Positions 31,749-40,614 of a DNA stretch of 64,000 nucleotides are shown here, one piece after another; position 1 is the first letter of the stretch, and each line of letters starts with the position of its first letter. The position numbers and the translations under genes were made by a program. Under the pieces are notes generated by a model. That model had not been told where the DNA came from, did not search any database, and saw only the letters and a program-made list of their open reading frames with translations. Origin of the DNA: a virus; IMG/VR virus record IMGVR_UViG_3300045988_133913, positions 2,382 to 66,381 of that record; one strand, 5' to 3'.

Positions 31749-32009
31749 TCATAAGATTTCTTCCATAGCCTTCCGCAGACCGTGCAGCATCTTCATCGCT
31801 TTGAGACTACTACCGTCATTTAGCTCCTGCATAATCGCACCCAATTCGTCGTAGGTAGTTCTCAGTATCACGATAAAATCTTCTGCAACCGTTGTCGCTA
31901 ACTTATCCGCAAACTTGTACACATACGGGTTCAGGTCATCTGGTTGTGGCTTCAGTTTGAAACCGGCTTCAAGGGCAAGTTGTTGCACCGTATCTTTTTT
32001 AAGGTTCAT
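31749..32009 (-). CDS. hypothetical protein
   Basis: 86-aa ORF in the early arm. Confidence 0.45.
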   Translation of the reverse strand: MNLKKDTVQQLALEAGFKLKPQPDDLNPYVYKFADKLATTVAEDFIVILRTTYDELGAIMQELNDGSSLKAMKMLHGLRKAMEEIL

Positions 32010-32011
32010 GG

Positions 32012-32191
32012 TTAGTCTCCACTACTTGAGCTGCTTGAATCGTCTGAACTGCTACTATATGAGCTGCGCGATGAATGGCTTGATGAACTGTTGTCGTCAG
32101 ACAAAACCGCAGATGCCAAAGCCCGCTCCATCGGGTCGCTACTTGTCAGGCTGCGTACCGGATTGCGAACTACTTTTGATAATTTACTCAT
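32012..32191 (-). CDS. small Ser/Asp-rich protein
   Basis: 59 aa (MSKLSKVVRNP...SSSSHSSRSSYSSSSDDSSSSSSGD). ATG 32191 has a GGAG SD and an ATGA overlap with thyX. The longer track ORF is rejected. Confidence 0.45.
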   Translation of the reverse strand: MSKLSKVVRNPVRSLTSSDPMERALASAVLSDDNSSSSHSSRSSYSSSSDDSSSSSSGD

Positions 32192-32829
32192 GCTTGTACT
32201 CCAGTTAGTGCCGCCCACGCTACAGGAAACAGCGGGGCGATAATGTCGCTCACCATGTGGGCAAGCTCTTGAATTTCTTTTTGTGCGTGGGCGTCGCTGC
32301 GCAGGCGGTAGAAGCGGACAAACGCCAGCAGGCTGCCTGTCCACACCCACTCGGTCATCATGCCCTGCGGCAGCAGGAAACGCGCCTGCTCCGGGGCGAC
32401 GCCCATATCGAGGAAGTTGTGATACATAACCTGCGCGCCCTGCATGAAGGCGACGTAGGTTTCCCGCAGCTTCTCCTGCTTCTCATCGTCCAGCAGCTCA
32501 CCGCTACCCTGCTTGACATTCTCCGCCTTAGCGCGGAACTCCGGCACGAAAAATCCCGGCGTGGATGATATGTATCTGCGCGAGATTTCACTTTCAACGA
32601 ACCCCACCTTATGCTTGAAAGCCTGCGCACGAACGGCTACGGGCGCACGAACGCGCAGGGTGATGGCGGTATGGGCAAAGGGTATCTCATGCCCGTGCCG
32701 CGCCAGATAGGCGATGAGCCGAGCGTTTTCCTCATCGGTGTAAAGCTCCGGGGATTTGTCAAACGAAACCCGTGCAGCCCGGACAACGCTGTCGTCGTTG
32801 CCCATGTGGTCGATATATTCCACGCTCAT
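32188..32829 (-). CDS. thyX: flavin-dependent thymidylate synthase ThyX
   Basis: ARHGHEIPFAHTAITLRV, SEISRRY and QARFLLPQGMMTEWVWTGSLLAFVRFYRLRSDAHAQKEIQELA match the ThyX family pattern. Confidence 0.65.
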   Translation of the reverse strand: MSVEYIDHMGNDDSVVRAARVSFDKSPELYTDEENARLIAYLARHGHEIPFAHTAITLRVRAPVAVRAQAFKHKVGFVESEISRRYISSTPGFFVPEFRAKAENVKQGSGELLDDEKQEKLRETYVAFMQGAQVMYHNFLDMGVAPEQARFLLPQGMMTEWVWTGSLLAFVRFYRLRSDAHAQKEIQELAHMVSDIIAPLFPVAWAALTGVQA

Positions 32830-33473
32830 GTGAAAGCCTCCAGCGACGGCGCGCGATAGTTTTTGCCCTTTTTGATTTTGCCCTGTTCATCAAACACCGG
32901 CTGCCCGTCCTCAAACTTGCTCCAGTTGGAAGCGTTTACCACCTCAAGTGCCGCGTGCAGGTCGTAGCCCATCATGTAGGCAAGCCCGGCGCAGGTCACG
33001 ATGAGGTCGCACAGGGCATCCAGCGTCGGAACAGGCGCGGGGTCGAACTTGGACACGCCCTGTTTCAGTTCGTCGGCGAGGTCGCCAATCTGCGGGCATC
33101 CTGCACCGATGGCTTCCGTCAGCTCGGCGGCTTCCTCGAACAAGCATCCAGCCTGCACCATCTGATTGCGCAGCGCAGGTGTCGGCACTGCACGGGAGAA
33201 CCACTCGGCGATGCCGTTCAGCACGTCGTCTTCAGTCCACTCCGGCGTGGCAAAGTATTTCTGATACTCCCGGCGCAGCATCGTGTCCTGCGCGTAGAAG
33301 CGGGCGTCCTGTGGTGTACCGAACCCTTTTTGGATTTCCGGGCGGGCAGACCCGCCGGAACACGTCGCCATGTAAGTACCGTCGGCGTCCTGCACAACCG
33401 CCAGTTGCAGCCCCATAACACTTGCACTCCAGACGCCGCAGTCGAACGTCCAGTCTAAGGGTTTCAAATTCAT
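32826..33473 (-). CDS. MazG-like nucleotide pyrophosphohydrolase domain protein
   Basis: The C-terminal half (EEAAELTEAI...IGDLADEL...DALCDLIVTCAGLAYMMGYDLHAALEVVNASNWSKF) resembles the MazG/HisE all-alpha NTP-PPase fold. Confidence 0.45.
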   Translation of the reverse strand: MNLKPLDWTFDCGVWSASVMGLQLAVVQDADGTYMATCSGGSARPEIQKGFGTPQDARFYAQDTMLRREYQKYFATPEWTEDDVLNGIAEWFSRAVPTPALRNQMVQAGCLFEEAAELTEAIGAGCPQIGDLADELKQGVSKFDPAPVPTLDALCDLIVTCAGLAYMMGYDLHAALEVVNASNWSKFEDGQPVFDEQGKIKKGKNYRAPSLEAFT

Positions 33474-33691
33474 CGTTTTTCTCCGTTTACATCGTCAAGG
33501 GCTTGCTGATAGCCTGCCCGAAATGCCATCCACGCCAAGTTCACCCGGTAGTCCCGGAACGTCACGCTCTTACTGGTAGCGTTGAGGTCGTAGTTAAACC
33601 TGAACCGGTAGGCGTTTTTGTAGGCATTCACCTGTTGCTGCCATGCTAGGAAGCGGTTGGCGTAGTGCAGATTGTTGATATTATTTCTCAC
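33470..33691 (-). CDS. small hypothetical protein coupled to the DNA polymerase gene
   Basis: GTG 33691 overlaps the polymerase TGA (GTGA) and has a GGAG SD 8 nt upstream. 73 aa. Confidence 0.35.
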   Translation of the reverse strand: MRNNINNLHYANRFLAWQQQVNAYKNAYRFRFNYDLNATSKSVTFRDYRVNLAWMAFRAGYQQALDDVNGEKR

Positions 33692-35721
33692 AGATATTTC
33701 TCCGGGTGTACCGTGAATAACTTGCCGTAATTCCTGCCGACGTCCACCTCGCAGTCGAGGACGCCCTGCGGAAACCACGGCGGACTGGTTTTCATTGCGC
33801 GGCAATGGATAATCGCCGCTGCCGCTGCGTCCCGCTCCGGCACGACTGATACCCACTCGTCATGTACGTTCAGGTTTATCGGCACGCCTGCTTTGGCGAT
33901 TTCCAGCGCTTGCCATTTGAGAATGTCAAATGATTGTTTCTGCACAAGATTTTCCGATAAGGCGCTTCCCCAGATGCGCTTACTCAGCATCCCTCTGCCT
34001 TTCATCTGGTCGTACACATAGTTTGTTTTACCTTCCTCATCGGCTTCTCGGCGCAGGTTCTGATACCAGATGCGTGTGCCGTTCGGGAACAGGATAGAGG
34101 GAATAACTACCCCGTGGAAGGTGCTTGTGCCGTCGGCGAAAAACATCCGGTCATCTGCACCGCCGAACCACATCTGCTGCCCACCGTACATCACATCCAG
34201 CGCGCGCTGGCAGGTCTTCCAGAACTGGACAATCTTGTGGTTCTTGGTACGGAAAGCCGCGATAAGTTCATCTGCCATATCTGCCGCTTCTTGGTTTTTC
34301 TCCAGTATCATCCGGTACTTAAACGTAGCAGCCGACATACCGTAACCCGCCGCGAGGCAGACGAGCTTGCCCATCTGGCGCATGGCTTTACCTTCTTTGG
34401 ACTTCTCCACCTTCGCCGCGTGCAGGATTTCATCGTAGGTCTTGTGGTAAATCGCTGCCGCCATATCCACGTAGGGGTCGAGGTCGTCCTGAAAGACTTT
34501 TACCAAGTCCTGCTGGTCGGACGCCACAGCGTTTACCCGCAGCTCAATCTGGCTACTGTCCGTCGGCAATACGATATGCCCTTGCTTTGCCCGCATACTT
34601 TGGCGTAAGATTGGTTCTTTAGAACGCTTCGATAGGTTCTGCCAATTACAGGCTTCACCTCCGCCGAAGCGCCCTGTATGGGCAGCGGCGTAGGAAAGGT
34701 AAATCGGCGCAAGCCCCCGACTCGCAATATCCAGAAACGTCTGGGTGCGGGTCGCTTCCATACTGGACTGTGCGCCTAGTTTGGTTTCAACCAGCAACTG
34801 CACCGTTTCATCGTCATGGTCTTTGAGAGCCAAAAATTCTTGGTCAGTCTTGCTTACCGCAGGAATTAGCTGTTTCTTTTTCTCGCTCCACTTCATCGGG
34901 CAATCCACACCCAGATTTTCCAGCAGCTTGACGAATTTCGAGCTGCTACGCAGGTTCTTGTGCAAGTCATCGAGGTCGGTAAAGCCTAGCACCGCTGCCA
35001 GCTCGGACAACTTTTCCTGCCGCTCTGCTTCCAGCCGCACGGCGTAGTCTTGTAGCAGCGGCACGTCGAGGTCGAATGCGGGCTTTGTCCACATTTTGGT
35101 CGTCAGGTCGCTCATCAGCAGCTCGCTCACCTGACACATGGGCAGCATATAGCTGTAAAGCTCGTAGCCCAAGTCGCTGTCGAGTATGCAGTAGTCGCCG
35201 TAGGCTTGCCACTGCGCCTCGGTCATGTCGTCGGCGTGAACGCCTAACATATCGTGGACAGTCCCGCGTTTCTGCTCCGCTACAAGCCCCTGCGCCTGCA
35301 TCCAGCCGGACAGTTTAGCAAGGCTCTTACCGCCTGCTACGCGGTCTAGCGCGGACAATTTCGCCATGATAACGGTGTCCACGGTGAACAGCGGGTGGAC
35401 GTTGTAACGCAGTCCAAGAATGCCTTGGTCGAAGGTGCAGTTGTGGGAAATAAACGGTGAAGTTTCATAGGCTTGGACTAATTCTTTGATATAAGGTAAC
35501 CCTTCTTCCCTACGGTAAAACTCGGCAGGGTTGCTACCGACCTTTATCGAAACTCCAATCATTTCAAACTGGTTGCAGCGGATATACTTCTCCGTAGTGA
35601 TTTTTGACAGAGAATAATCCTTGTCGTAGTAGGTTTCAAAGTCTATGACGATGGGCAATCCCCAGTTGATTTTGGACGGGTCGCGGTAAAGGTCAGTCGG
35701 GGTCATTTGTTTTCTCCTCAC
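33688..35721 (-). CDS. family A DNA polymerase with 3'-5' exonuclease domain
   Basis: The exonuclease site is PIVIDFETY. Pol motif A is PTDSSQIELRVNA, motif B is RQMGKLVCLAAGYGMS and motif C is NLNVHDEWV. 677 aa. Confidence 0.85.
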   Translation of the reverse strand: MRRKQMTPTDLYRDPSKINWGLPIVIDFETYYDKDYSLSKITTEKYIRCNQFEMIGVSIKVGSNPAEFYRREEGLPYIKELVQAYETSPFISHNCTFDQGILGLRYNVHPLFTVDTVIMAKLSALDRVAGGKSLAKLSGWMQAQGLVAEQKRGTVHDMLGVHADDMTEAQWQAYGDYCILDSDLGYELYSYMLPMCQVSELLMSDLTTKMWTKPAFDLDVPLLQDYAVRLEAERQEKLSELAAVLGFTDLDDLHKNLRSSSKFVKLLENLGVDCPMKWSEKKKQLIPAVSKTDQEFLALKDHDDETVQLLVETKLGAQSSMEATRTQTFLDIASRGLAPIYLSYAAAHTGRFGGGEACNWQNLSKRSKEPILRQSMRAKQGHIVLPTDSSQIELRVNAVASDQQDLVKVFQDDLDPYVDMAAAIYHKTYDEILHAAKVEKSKEGKAMRQMGKLVCLAAGYGMSAATFKYRMILEKNQEAADMADELIAAFRTKNHKIVQFWKTCQRALDVMYGGQQMWFGGADDRMFFADGTSTFHGVVIPSILFPNGTRIWYQNLRREADEEGKTNYVYDQMKGRGMLSKRIWGSALSENLVQKQSFDILKWQALEIAKAGVPINLNVHDEWVSVVPERDAAAAAIIHCRAMKTSPPWFPQGVLDCEVDVGRNYGKLFTVHPEKYL

Positions 35722-35999
35722 GGTCTTCTCGCCAATAAATTAACTCCCCATGACAAATCTTCTGCCACGACTATCTCCATGCCTAGCACCATACTAAGCT
35801 CTGCGTCAGCCGCAACGGGAGGGTCTATCTCCATGCACAGCGCTTGGTAAGTAGCTACGTCTAGCACTATATGGGTAGGTTCTTTACCGATGCGGCGCAT
35901 ATAGTCATTACGTGCAGAATCAAATTTCTTCAATAAACTTTGTAATGTGCCTTTGCTAAGGTCTATATGTTGGTTCATGACTGTTTCTCCGTTATTCAT
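35718..35999 (-). CDS. hypothetical protein
   Basis: 93 aa with an ATGA overlap. Confidence 0.45.
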   Translation of the reverse strand: MNNGETVMNQHIDLSKGTLQSLLKKFDSARNDYMRRIGKEPTHIVLDVATYQALCMEIDPPVAADAELSMVLGMEIVVAEDLSWGVNLLARRP

Positions 36000-36411
36000 C
36001 TTCTATCGGGTAATGACGAAGGGTGTTGATAACATCGTTGTCAACGCCCGGCTCAAACGTACCGATACGCACGGCATCTATTTCATAGCGCTGCGGGACT
36101 ACCCATACCCCGTGCTGTTCTTCTGGCTCTATCGGGTAGCTGAACACGCTCCCGTCGTCATCGGTTGCCACCCACTCATGGTCTGAGGGAATGCTGATTT
36201 TCACGCCGTAGTAATTGACTACCCGCGTAGAGCGGTGACTAAAGTGTCTGTGTTTCATTGTTCTCTCCTTCGCCCCATGCAATGGGCAATCACGAGTAAT
36301 CCACCAGTAACTTCCATCTGCTCCCTGCCCATGATTGTTGTCGAGTACGGGGCAGGTGCAGCCTTGTTCGATTGCTTCATCGCTGCCGGGATTTGGTATT
36401 GTTGTGTTCAT
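35992..36411 (-). CDS. hypothetical protein with N-terminal CxCP...WW...CPxHG zinc-ribbon-like motif
   Basis: GCTCPVLDNNHGQGADGSYWWITRDCPLHG, 139 aa. Confidence 0.45.
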   Translation of the reverse strand: MNTTIPNPGSDEAIEQGCTCPVLDNNHGQGADGSYWWITRDCPLHGAKERTMKHRHFSHRSTRVVNYYGVKISIPSDHEWVATDDDGSVFSYPIEPEEQHGVWVVPQRYEIDAVRIGTFEPGVDNDVINTLRHYPIEDE

Positions 36412-37142
36412 ACCCGCACCTCCTGAAGGCTATCTCGCCAGTTTGCTATACTTGTTGACTCATCCCGCCAAGCGACCTGCGCCACGCGACCTCTACCCAT
36501 TGACGACCAAGTTTGGGTAGATTTATCAGTAACGATATTGTCTGGCTTAACTTCGTAACACCATACGGCGCCGCTTATCTGCATAGCAATAAACCGCGCC
36601 CATGTCGGAACGATAAGGTCAGCACCGTAATAGTCTTTGACTATGCGAGATTCTGGTTCTTTATGTCTAGCAAATAATCGGTTATACAATTCTTTAGTAA
36701 AATCCTCATCCTGTAGAAACTTCGATACTGCGTGTTTCATCCAACTGTCCCATGTAGCTTGCAAAGTATTACCTTCAGCCCGATAAGATAGGGCGTCCGC
36801 AAGGCTGTTAAGTTCGAGTTCTTTCGCCTCGCTTTGGAGTAGCCCAATCACGTGCAAATTCCACGCCTGCTCCAGTTTGGCAGCCTCCTCAATCATCCAT
36901 TTCTGGTCGTGCGGGCAGTGGGTAAGGGTGTCTTTCCAGTTCTCGTCTTCGAGTTTTGCGCGGGCGTCAATATTCCAAATCTCCCCGCCCGTCACATCCC
37001 ATACGCTACCGATAACGCATGGTTCATCCGTGAATGCCGTAATTGTTCCGTCTTTATCAACAGCTAGCCAGTTAGCATTAACATTGATACGTAGGGCATT
37101 ACCGTAAAACATCACGGTCTTATAAGGTGTTTTAAGTTTCAT
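36408..37142 (-). CDS. hypothetical protein, paralog family A member 2
   Basis: The start was moved to ATG 37142 (MKLKTPYK...), which forms an ATGA overlap with the upstream membrane-protein gene. It aligns with 30924-31703. Confidence 0.55.
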   Translation of the reverse strand: MKLKTPYKTVMFYGNALRINVNANWLAVDKDGTITAFTDEPCVIGSVWDVTGGEIWNIDARAKLEDENWKDTLTHCPHDQKWMIEEAAKLEQAWNLHVIGLLQSEAKELELNSLADALSYRAEGNTLQATWDSWMKHAVSKFLQDEDFTKELYNRLFARHKEPESRIVKDYYGADLIVPTWARFIAMQISGAVWCYEVKPDNIVTDKSTQTWSSMGRGRVAQVAWRDESTSIANWRDSLQEVRV

Positions 37143-37426
37143 TTCTCCATCTCCCGTATAACAGCCGCACTGACAGAAAGCACAAACTGTAATAAAGCAA
37201 CCGCAATCCACACCTCCGGCACAGTCACTATGCCGATAGTGTTTATTAACAATACGCCGATAACCGAAATAACACCGCCAATCATCCGCGTACTTGGATA
37301 CGGTCGCTCCGTAAACACAATCGCCTCCACTTCTTTGTGAAACGTCCAAAGCAAACAGCCTACGGCGGCTACCAGTATCGCCACATCAAACGCTTGCACC
37401 CATAAAATGGTATATGATTCGTTCAT
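37139..37426 (-). CDS. small integral membrane protein
   Basis: 95 aa with three hydrophobic segments. Confidence 0.45.
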   Translation of the reverse strand: MNESYTILWVQAFDVAILVAAVGCLLWTFHKEVEAIVFTERPYPSTRMIGGVISVIGVLLINTIGIVTVPEVWIAVALLQFVLSVSAAVIREMEK

Positions 37427-37542
37427 TTCTGCACCTCCCGTTCTTTTTCTTTTCTACTTGCGGCTACTTCTTTTTGAATCGCCACTACTTCCACTACTGC
37501 ATTCATAAGCGCTGCTACTTTTTGTTTGAAACCTATTTTCAT
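37423..37542 (-). CDS. very small ORF (39 aa)
   Basis: AAGGAG SD then ATG, with an ATGA overlap to the downstream gene. Not in the track because it is under 60 aa. Confidence 0.3.
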   Translation of the reverse strand: MKIGFKQKVAALMNAVVEVVAIQKEVAASRKEKEREVQK

Positions 37543-37563
37543 AATAAGCTCCTTGTTAAAATT

Positions 37564-38211
37564 TCAAGCCATTCTCTGTGCAAAAGCTATTGCAGCTTCC
37601 TTACTAGAAAAGCACAAGCCTCTGCTAAGCCGGTATTTATCGTCATCAATATCTAGCCATTGCGTTTCATAATAACCGTCGTCTGCCGTAATATCAGCGT
37701 AATAATAGCGTTCTCTCATACGGACGCCCGGAAGAAAGTTTACTATACGCATCCAACGGTCAAGCAATACTTTCTCTATACCCTTAGTCCGTATGCTACG
37801 CAATGCTTCTCTGCATTGCTCCTCAATATCATCCGAATATACACCTTTTCGTATCGACTCCCACAAGAATGTGTCTTGATATTGACACAACTCATCTAGC
37901 ACAGCGCTAGGGATTTTGTATCCTTTATTGTGGTGCTTGTATAGGGCGACATAAACACTAGCGAAGTAATTAAAAGTGCCTTTGTTATCACTATCGGTTA
38001 CTAGCTCGATGAGTTTAGCGTAACCCGCAGCGCTTTTTCTTTGCCGCTCTGCCGCTTCTTTTTTAGCCGACGCTAGTTCTTTTTTAAGTGCTGATATTTC
38101 TCTTGTAAGAGTTGCTACTTCTTCTCTAAGACTCTCAATTTCTCTCATAGTCTGTTCGTGTGGGTCAAATGCGCTTCTATAAAGTCTTTCGTCGTCTTCC
38201 CAAGTATTCAT
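37564..38211 (-). CDS. hypothetical protein, family B member 1 (shared C-terminal module), low GC
   Basis: The C-terminal YYYADITADDGYYETQWLDIDDDKYRLSRGLCFSSKEAAIAFAQRMA is conserved in two neighbouring genes. GC is ~40%. Confidence 0.55.
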   Translation of the reverse strand: MNTWEDDERLYRSAFDPHEQTMREIESLREEVATLTREISALKKELASAKKEAAERQRKSAAGYAKLIELVTDSDNKGTFNYFASVYVALYKHHNKGYKIPSAVLDELCQYQDTFLWESIRKGVYSDDIEEQCREALRSIRTKGIEKVLLDRWMRIVNFLPGVRMRERYYYADITADDGYYETQWLDIDDDKYRLSRGLCFSSKEAAIAFAQRMA

Positions 38212-38231
38212 AAGTTCCTCGGCTAAATTAA

Positions 38232-38369
38232 TTATTTACGTTTCCAGAACATCGCGTCGGTCAGTAGGGCGATGCCCGCGAAAGCTATCGCGAACACCGC
38301 ACATACCAGACTAAAGCACAGGCTGCCGATGAACCAGTCCCATGCGTGGGAAAGGATGAAGTCAATCAT
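38232..38369 (-). CDS. small hydrophobic peptide (45 aa)
   Basis: MIDFILSHAWDWFIGSLCFSLVCAVFAIAFAGIALLTDAMFWKRK. Its ATG overlaps the upstream stop (ATGATTGA). It is too short for the track. Confidence 0.3.
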   Translation of the reverse strand: MIDFILSHAWDWFIGSLCFSLVCAVFAIAFAGIALLTDAMFWKRK

Positions 38370-39009
38370 CGTGAAGCATCCTCTTGGCGCGGGCTACCGC
38401 CTCATCCTGTGAGAGATACACCAGCCCACGGCGGAACAGGCGAACATCGTCAGCATCGCCTTCCCACTTGAACTCACGGTAATACCACGTCTCACATGGT
38501 ATGGGGACGTAGTATGCCTGCCCGATACGCAGCGCATCTTTTAGGTGGGTTTCTTGTTCAGGCTTTGCTGCTGCGGTAGCGTCTACTTTCGTCAGGAAGC
38601 ACTTGTTGCGCTTCAGGTGGGTAACGTTCACCGGGTTGCCTGTCCACTCCCACTTGGCGTACCGCTCCGGCTTATCCGGTTCAGGCGTGTAGTAGGTCGG
38701 ATACATAGCGAATATGCACAGAAGCCCTTGCACGCGCGCCAGATGCTCATATAAGCTCTCGTAATAGCGCGTCGTACCATCCGGGGATTCCTCCAGCATA
38801 GCGGTAATGACCGGGTGCATCACGCCCATCGAGACGGACGTCGTGAAGAACCGGGGAAGCCCGCGTTCTACGCACATACGGATAATGAGTTGCTGTTTGT
38901 CTGCGTTGGTGCGAATATCGTCTTTCAGTTTATCCCACAGGGATAATAATTCCTTCGGGGTATATTTGTTAATACCTAGAAAAAGGCTGTAAATATGTTC
39001 TTCAGTCAT
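38362..39009 (-). CDS. hypothetical protein, family B member 2
   Basis: The start was moved to ATG 39009 with a GGAG SD. The C-terminal AYYVPIPCETWYYREFKWEGDADDVRLFRRGLVYLSQDEAVARAKRML matches the family motif. Confidence 0.55.
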   Translation of the reverse strand: MTEEHIYSLFLGINKYTPKELLSLWDKLKDDIRTNADKQQLIIRMCVERGLPRFFTTSVSMGVMHPVITAMLEESPDGTTRYYESLYEHLARVQGLLCIFAMYPTYYTPEPDKPERYAKWEWTGNPVNVTHLKRNKCFLTKVDATAAAKPEQETHLKDALRIGQAYYVPIPCETWYYREFKWEGDADDVRLFRRGLVYLSQDEAVARAKRMLHDD

Positions 39010-39721
39010 GATTAACTCCGTTGTATTTGTGGATTGCGCCGAACCAATTATGTGCTCCCAAAGAAAGCACAATGGAAGGGATTAGTTTGTTGTTAATGAG
39101 ATAGCCCCAGACGTATTCGTCGTCGTAAATAATGCCGTCTTTCTCAGCAAGGGTTTTTGCCCCGTAAACAAAAAGGTGCAGGAATTCGTTGGCTAGACGT
39201 GTCGGCACAACCCACGTGCTGCCAGAAAGCCGCCCGCCAGACTCGAAAAAGGTCGCGACGTAGTCGGCGAACTCGTACTCCCACGCGCGCGGAACAGTAG
39301 GGGTTTGTTCTACCTTGCCATACCAGCGAAGCGCTGCAAAATCAACCCATGCTGTATGGGTGGCTTGGGGATAATTATCTGCGGCGTTGGTGACAAATAG
39401 CGCCTTCAACCACATCATCGCGATGTATGGCATAGTCAGCGGCTCTTGTACCGTTTTATCTGCGTACTTCTCGGCGATTACTTCCGCCACTCTCTGCACC
39501 TCGCCTTCCAGCGAAGTGTCGATGTACGCGGGTGTCTCCCTGCCTTCCAGCAGTTTTTCGATTTCTGGCTTCAACGCCTCGCTGGTGTAAACCGTCATCG
39601 GGTTGTCCAGCTCGGCTAGCGGTTTGAACCGCTCCAGATACCACGGCACGGAACGCTCGTCCGTACCGGGCAAACCCTTCCAGCCAATATCGAAAAAGGC
39701 TGTGACAATATGCGGTTTCAT
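39002..39721 (-). CDS. hypothetical protein
   Basis: ATG 39721 with an ATGA overlap, 239 aa. No motif recognised. Confidence 0.45.
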   Translation of the reverse strand: MKPHIVTAFFDIGWKGLPGTDERSVPWYLERFKPLAELDNPMTVYTSEALKPEIEKLLEGRETPAYIDTSLEGEVQRVAEVIAEKYADKTVQEPLTMPYIAMMWLKALFVTNAADNYPQATHTAWVDFAALRWYGKVEQTPTVPRAWEYEFADYVATFFESGGRLSGSTWVVPTRLANEFLHLFVYGAKTLAEKDGIIYDDEYVWGYLINNKLIPSIVLSLGAHNWFGAIHKYNGVNHD

Positions 39722-40614
39722 ATCATGCCCTTTGCCCAACGCACAGCAGTTTCGCTATGGAAAAAGCACAAGCCTTTTGTGAATCGGTGCTGGTCGATTG
39801 TGTCGCCTTTCCAAGTAGTACAAATTGGTCGGTCATCTTCGGTAATTGCGGCGAAGTAATACAAATCGCCGGGCTTAATCTGCGCAGCAAAGCAAACCAT
39901 GTTGTACCACTTCTTAGCCAGTCGTTCGTTGTAGTCCACAAGTTTGTCCACAAGCTGCTTGCATTGGTCATACACCGCTTGTGGGTAACAGTTATTCAAG
40001 ATGGCGGTGCGGACAAACTCCGCCTGCTTGCGCTTAAACAACTCTGCGGCAGCGTTGCGGTCAGCCTCCGGCAGGCGGTTATCATGTAGATAGCAAAACC
40101 AATATGCCAAACTGGAAAGTTCGGGTTGGTCGTTGGTACGCAATCCACAGTACAGTTTTTGGAATATTCTTTCCTCCGGCTTCTGGCTGTTAAACGCTTT
40201 CAGGAATTTCTTAAATGGTTCAATCCTAGCAAAAATAATTGCTCCCCGATTAGGAATGTCCTGAACAACCTCCCATACCGTGTAGCGGCACTTCAACCCG
40301 GCAAGGCTGTGCAATTCCTCGTGCATCTTTTGGACTTCATCGACAAGCCGGGTGCGTTGCAACTCATACTGGGCGCGGGTTTTCAAATCTTCAGCACAAC
40401 CCGGATGGTAATAACCCTCGTGAAGCAGTTTGTGCAGCACGGCAGGAAACTTAAAATGCACCAGCGCGGCTTTCAATTCATTAGCTGCGCTGTGTTCTCC
40501 GGTCGCTTTCAGCTCTACTGCTACCTGTGTCAAAGCCCACCAGAAATTCAGCGGGATTATCTGGGCTTCTTCTACCGCTCTATCTAAGCGTGATTTCAGT
40601 TCTTTAACGTTCAT
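39718..40614 (-). CDS. hypothetical protein, family B member 3
   Basis: ATG 40614 (MNVKEL). The track start at 40632 is a TTG. The C-terminal LYYFAAITEDDRPICTTWKGDTIDQHRFTKGLCFFHSETAVRWAKGMI matches the family motif. Confidence 0.55.
   Translation of the reverse strand: MNVKELKSRLDRAVEEAQIIPLNFWWALTQVAVELKATGEHSAANELKAALVHFKFPAVLHKLLHEGYYHPGCAEDLKTRAQYELQRTRLVDEVQKMHEELHSLAGLKCRYTVWEVVQDIPNRGAIIFARIEPFKKFLKAFNSQKPEERIFQKLYCGLRTNDQPELSSLAYWFCYLHDNRLPEADRNAAAELFKRKQAEFVRTAILNNCYPQAVYDQCKQLVDKLVDYNERLAKKWYNMVCFAAQIKPGDLYYFAAITEDDRPICTTWKGDTIDQHRFTKGLCFFHSETAVRWAKGMI

Noticed and set aside
32012-32350. 112-aa version of the Ser-rich ORF overlapping thyX
   Set aside because: The in-frame ATG at 32191 with a GGAG SD and ATGA coupling gives a 59-aa product without a 160-nt overlap. 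The upstream extension is likely non-coding in that frame.
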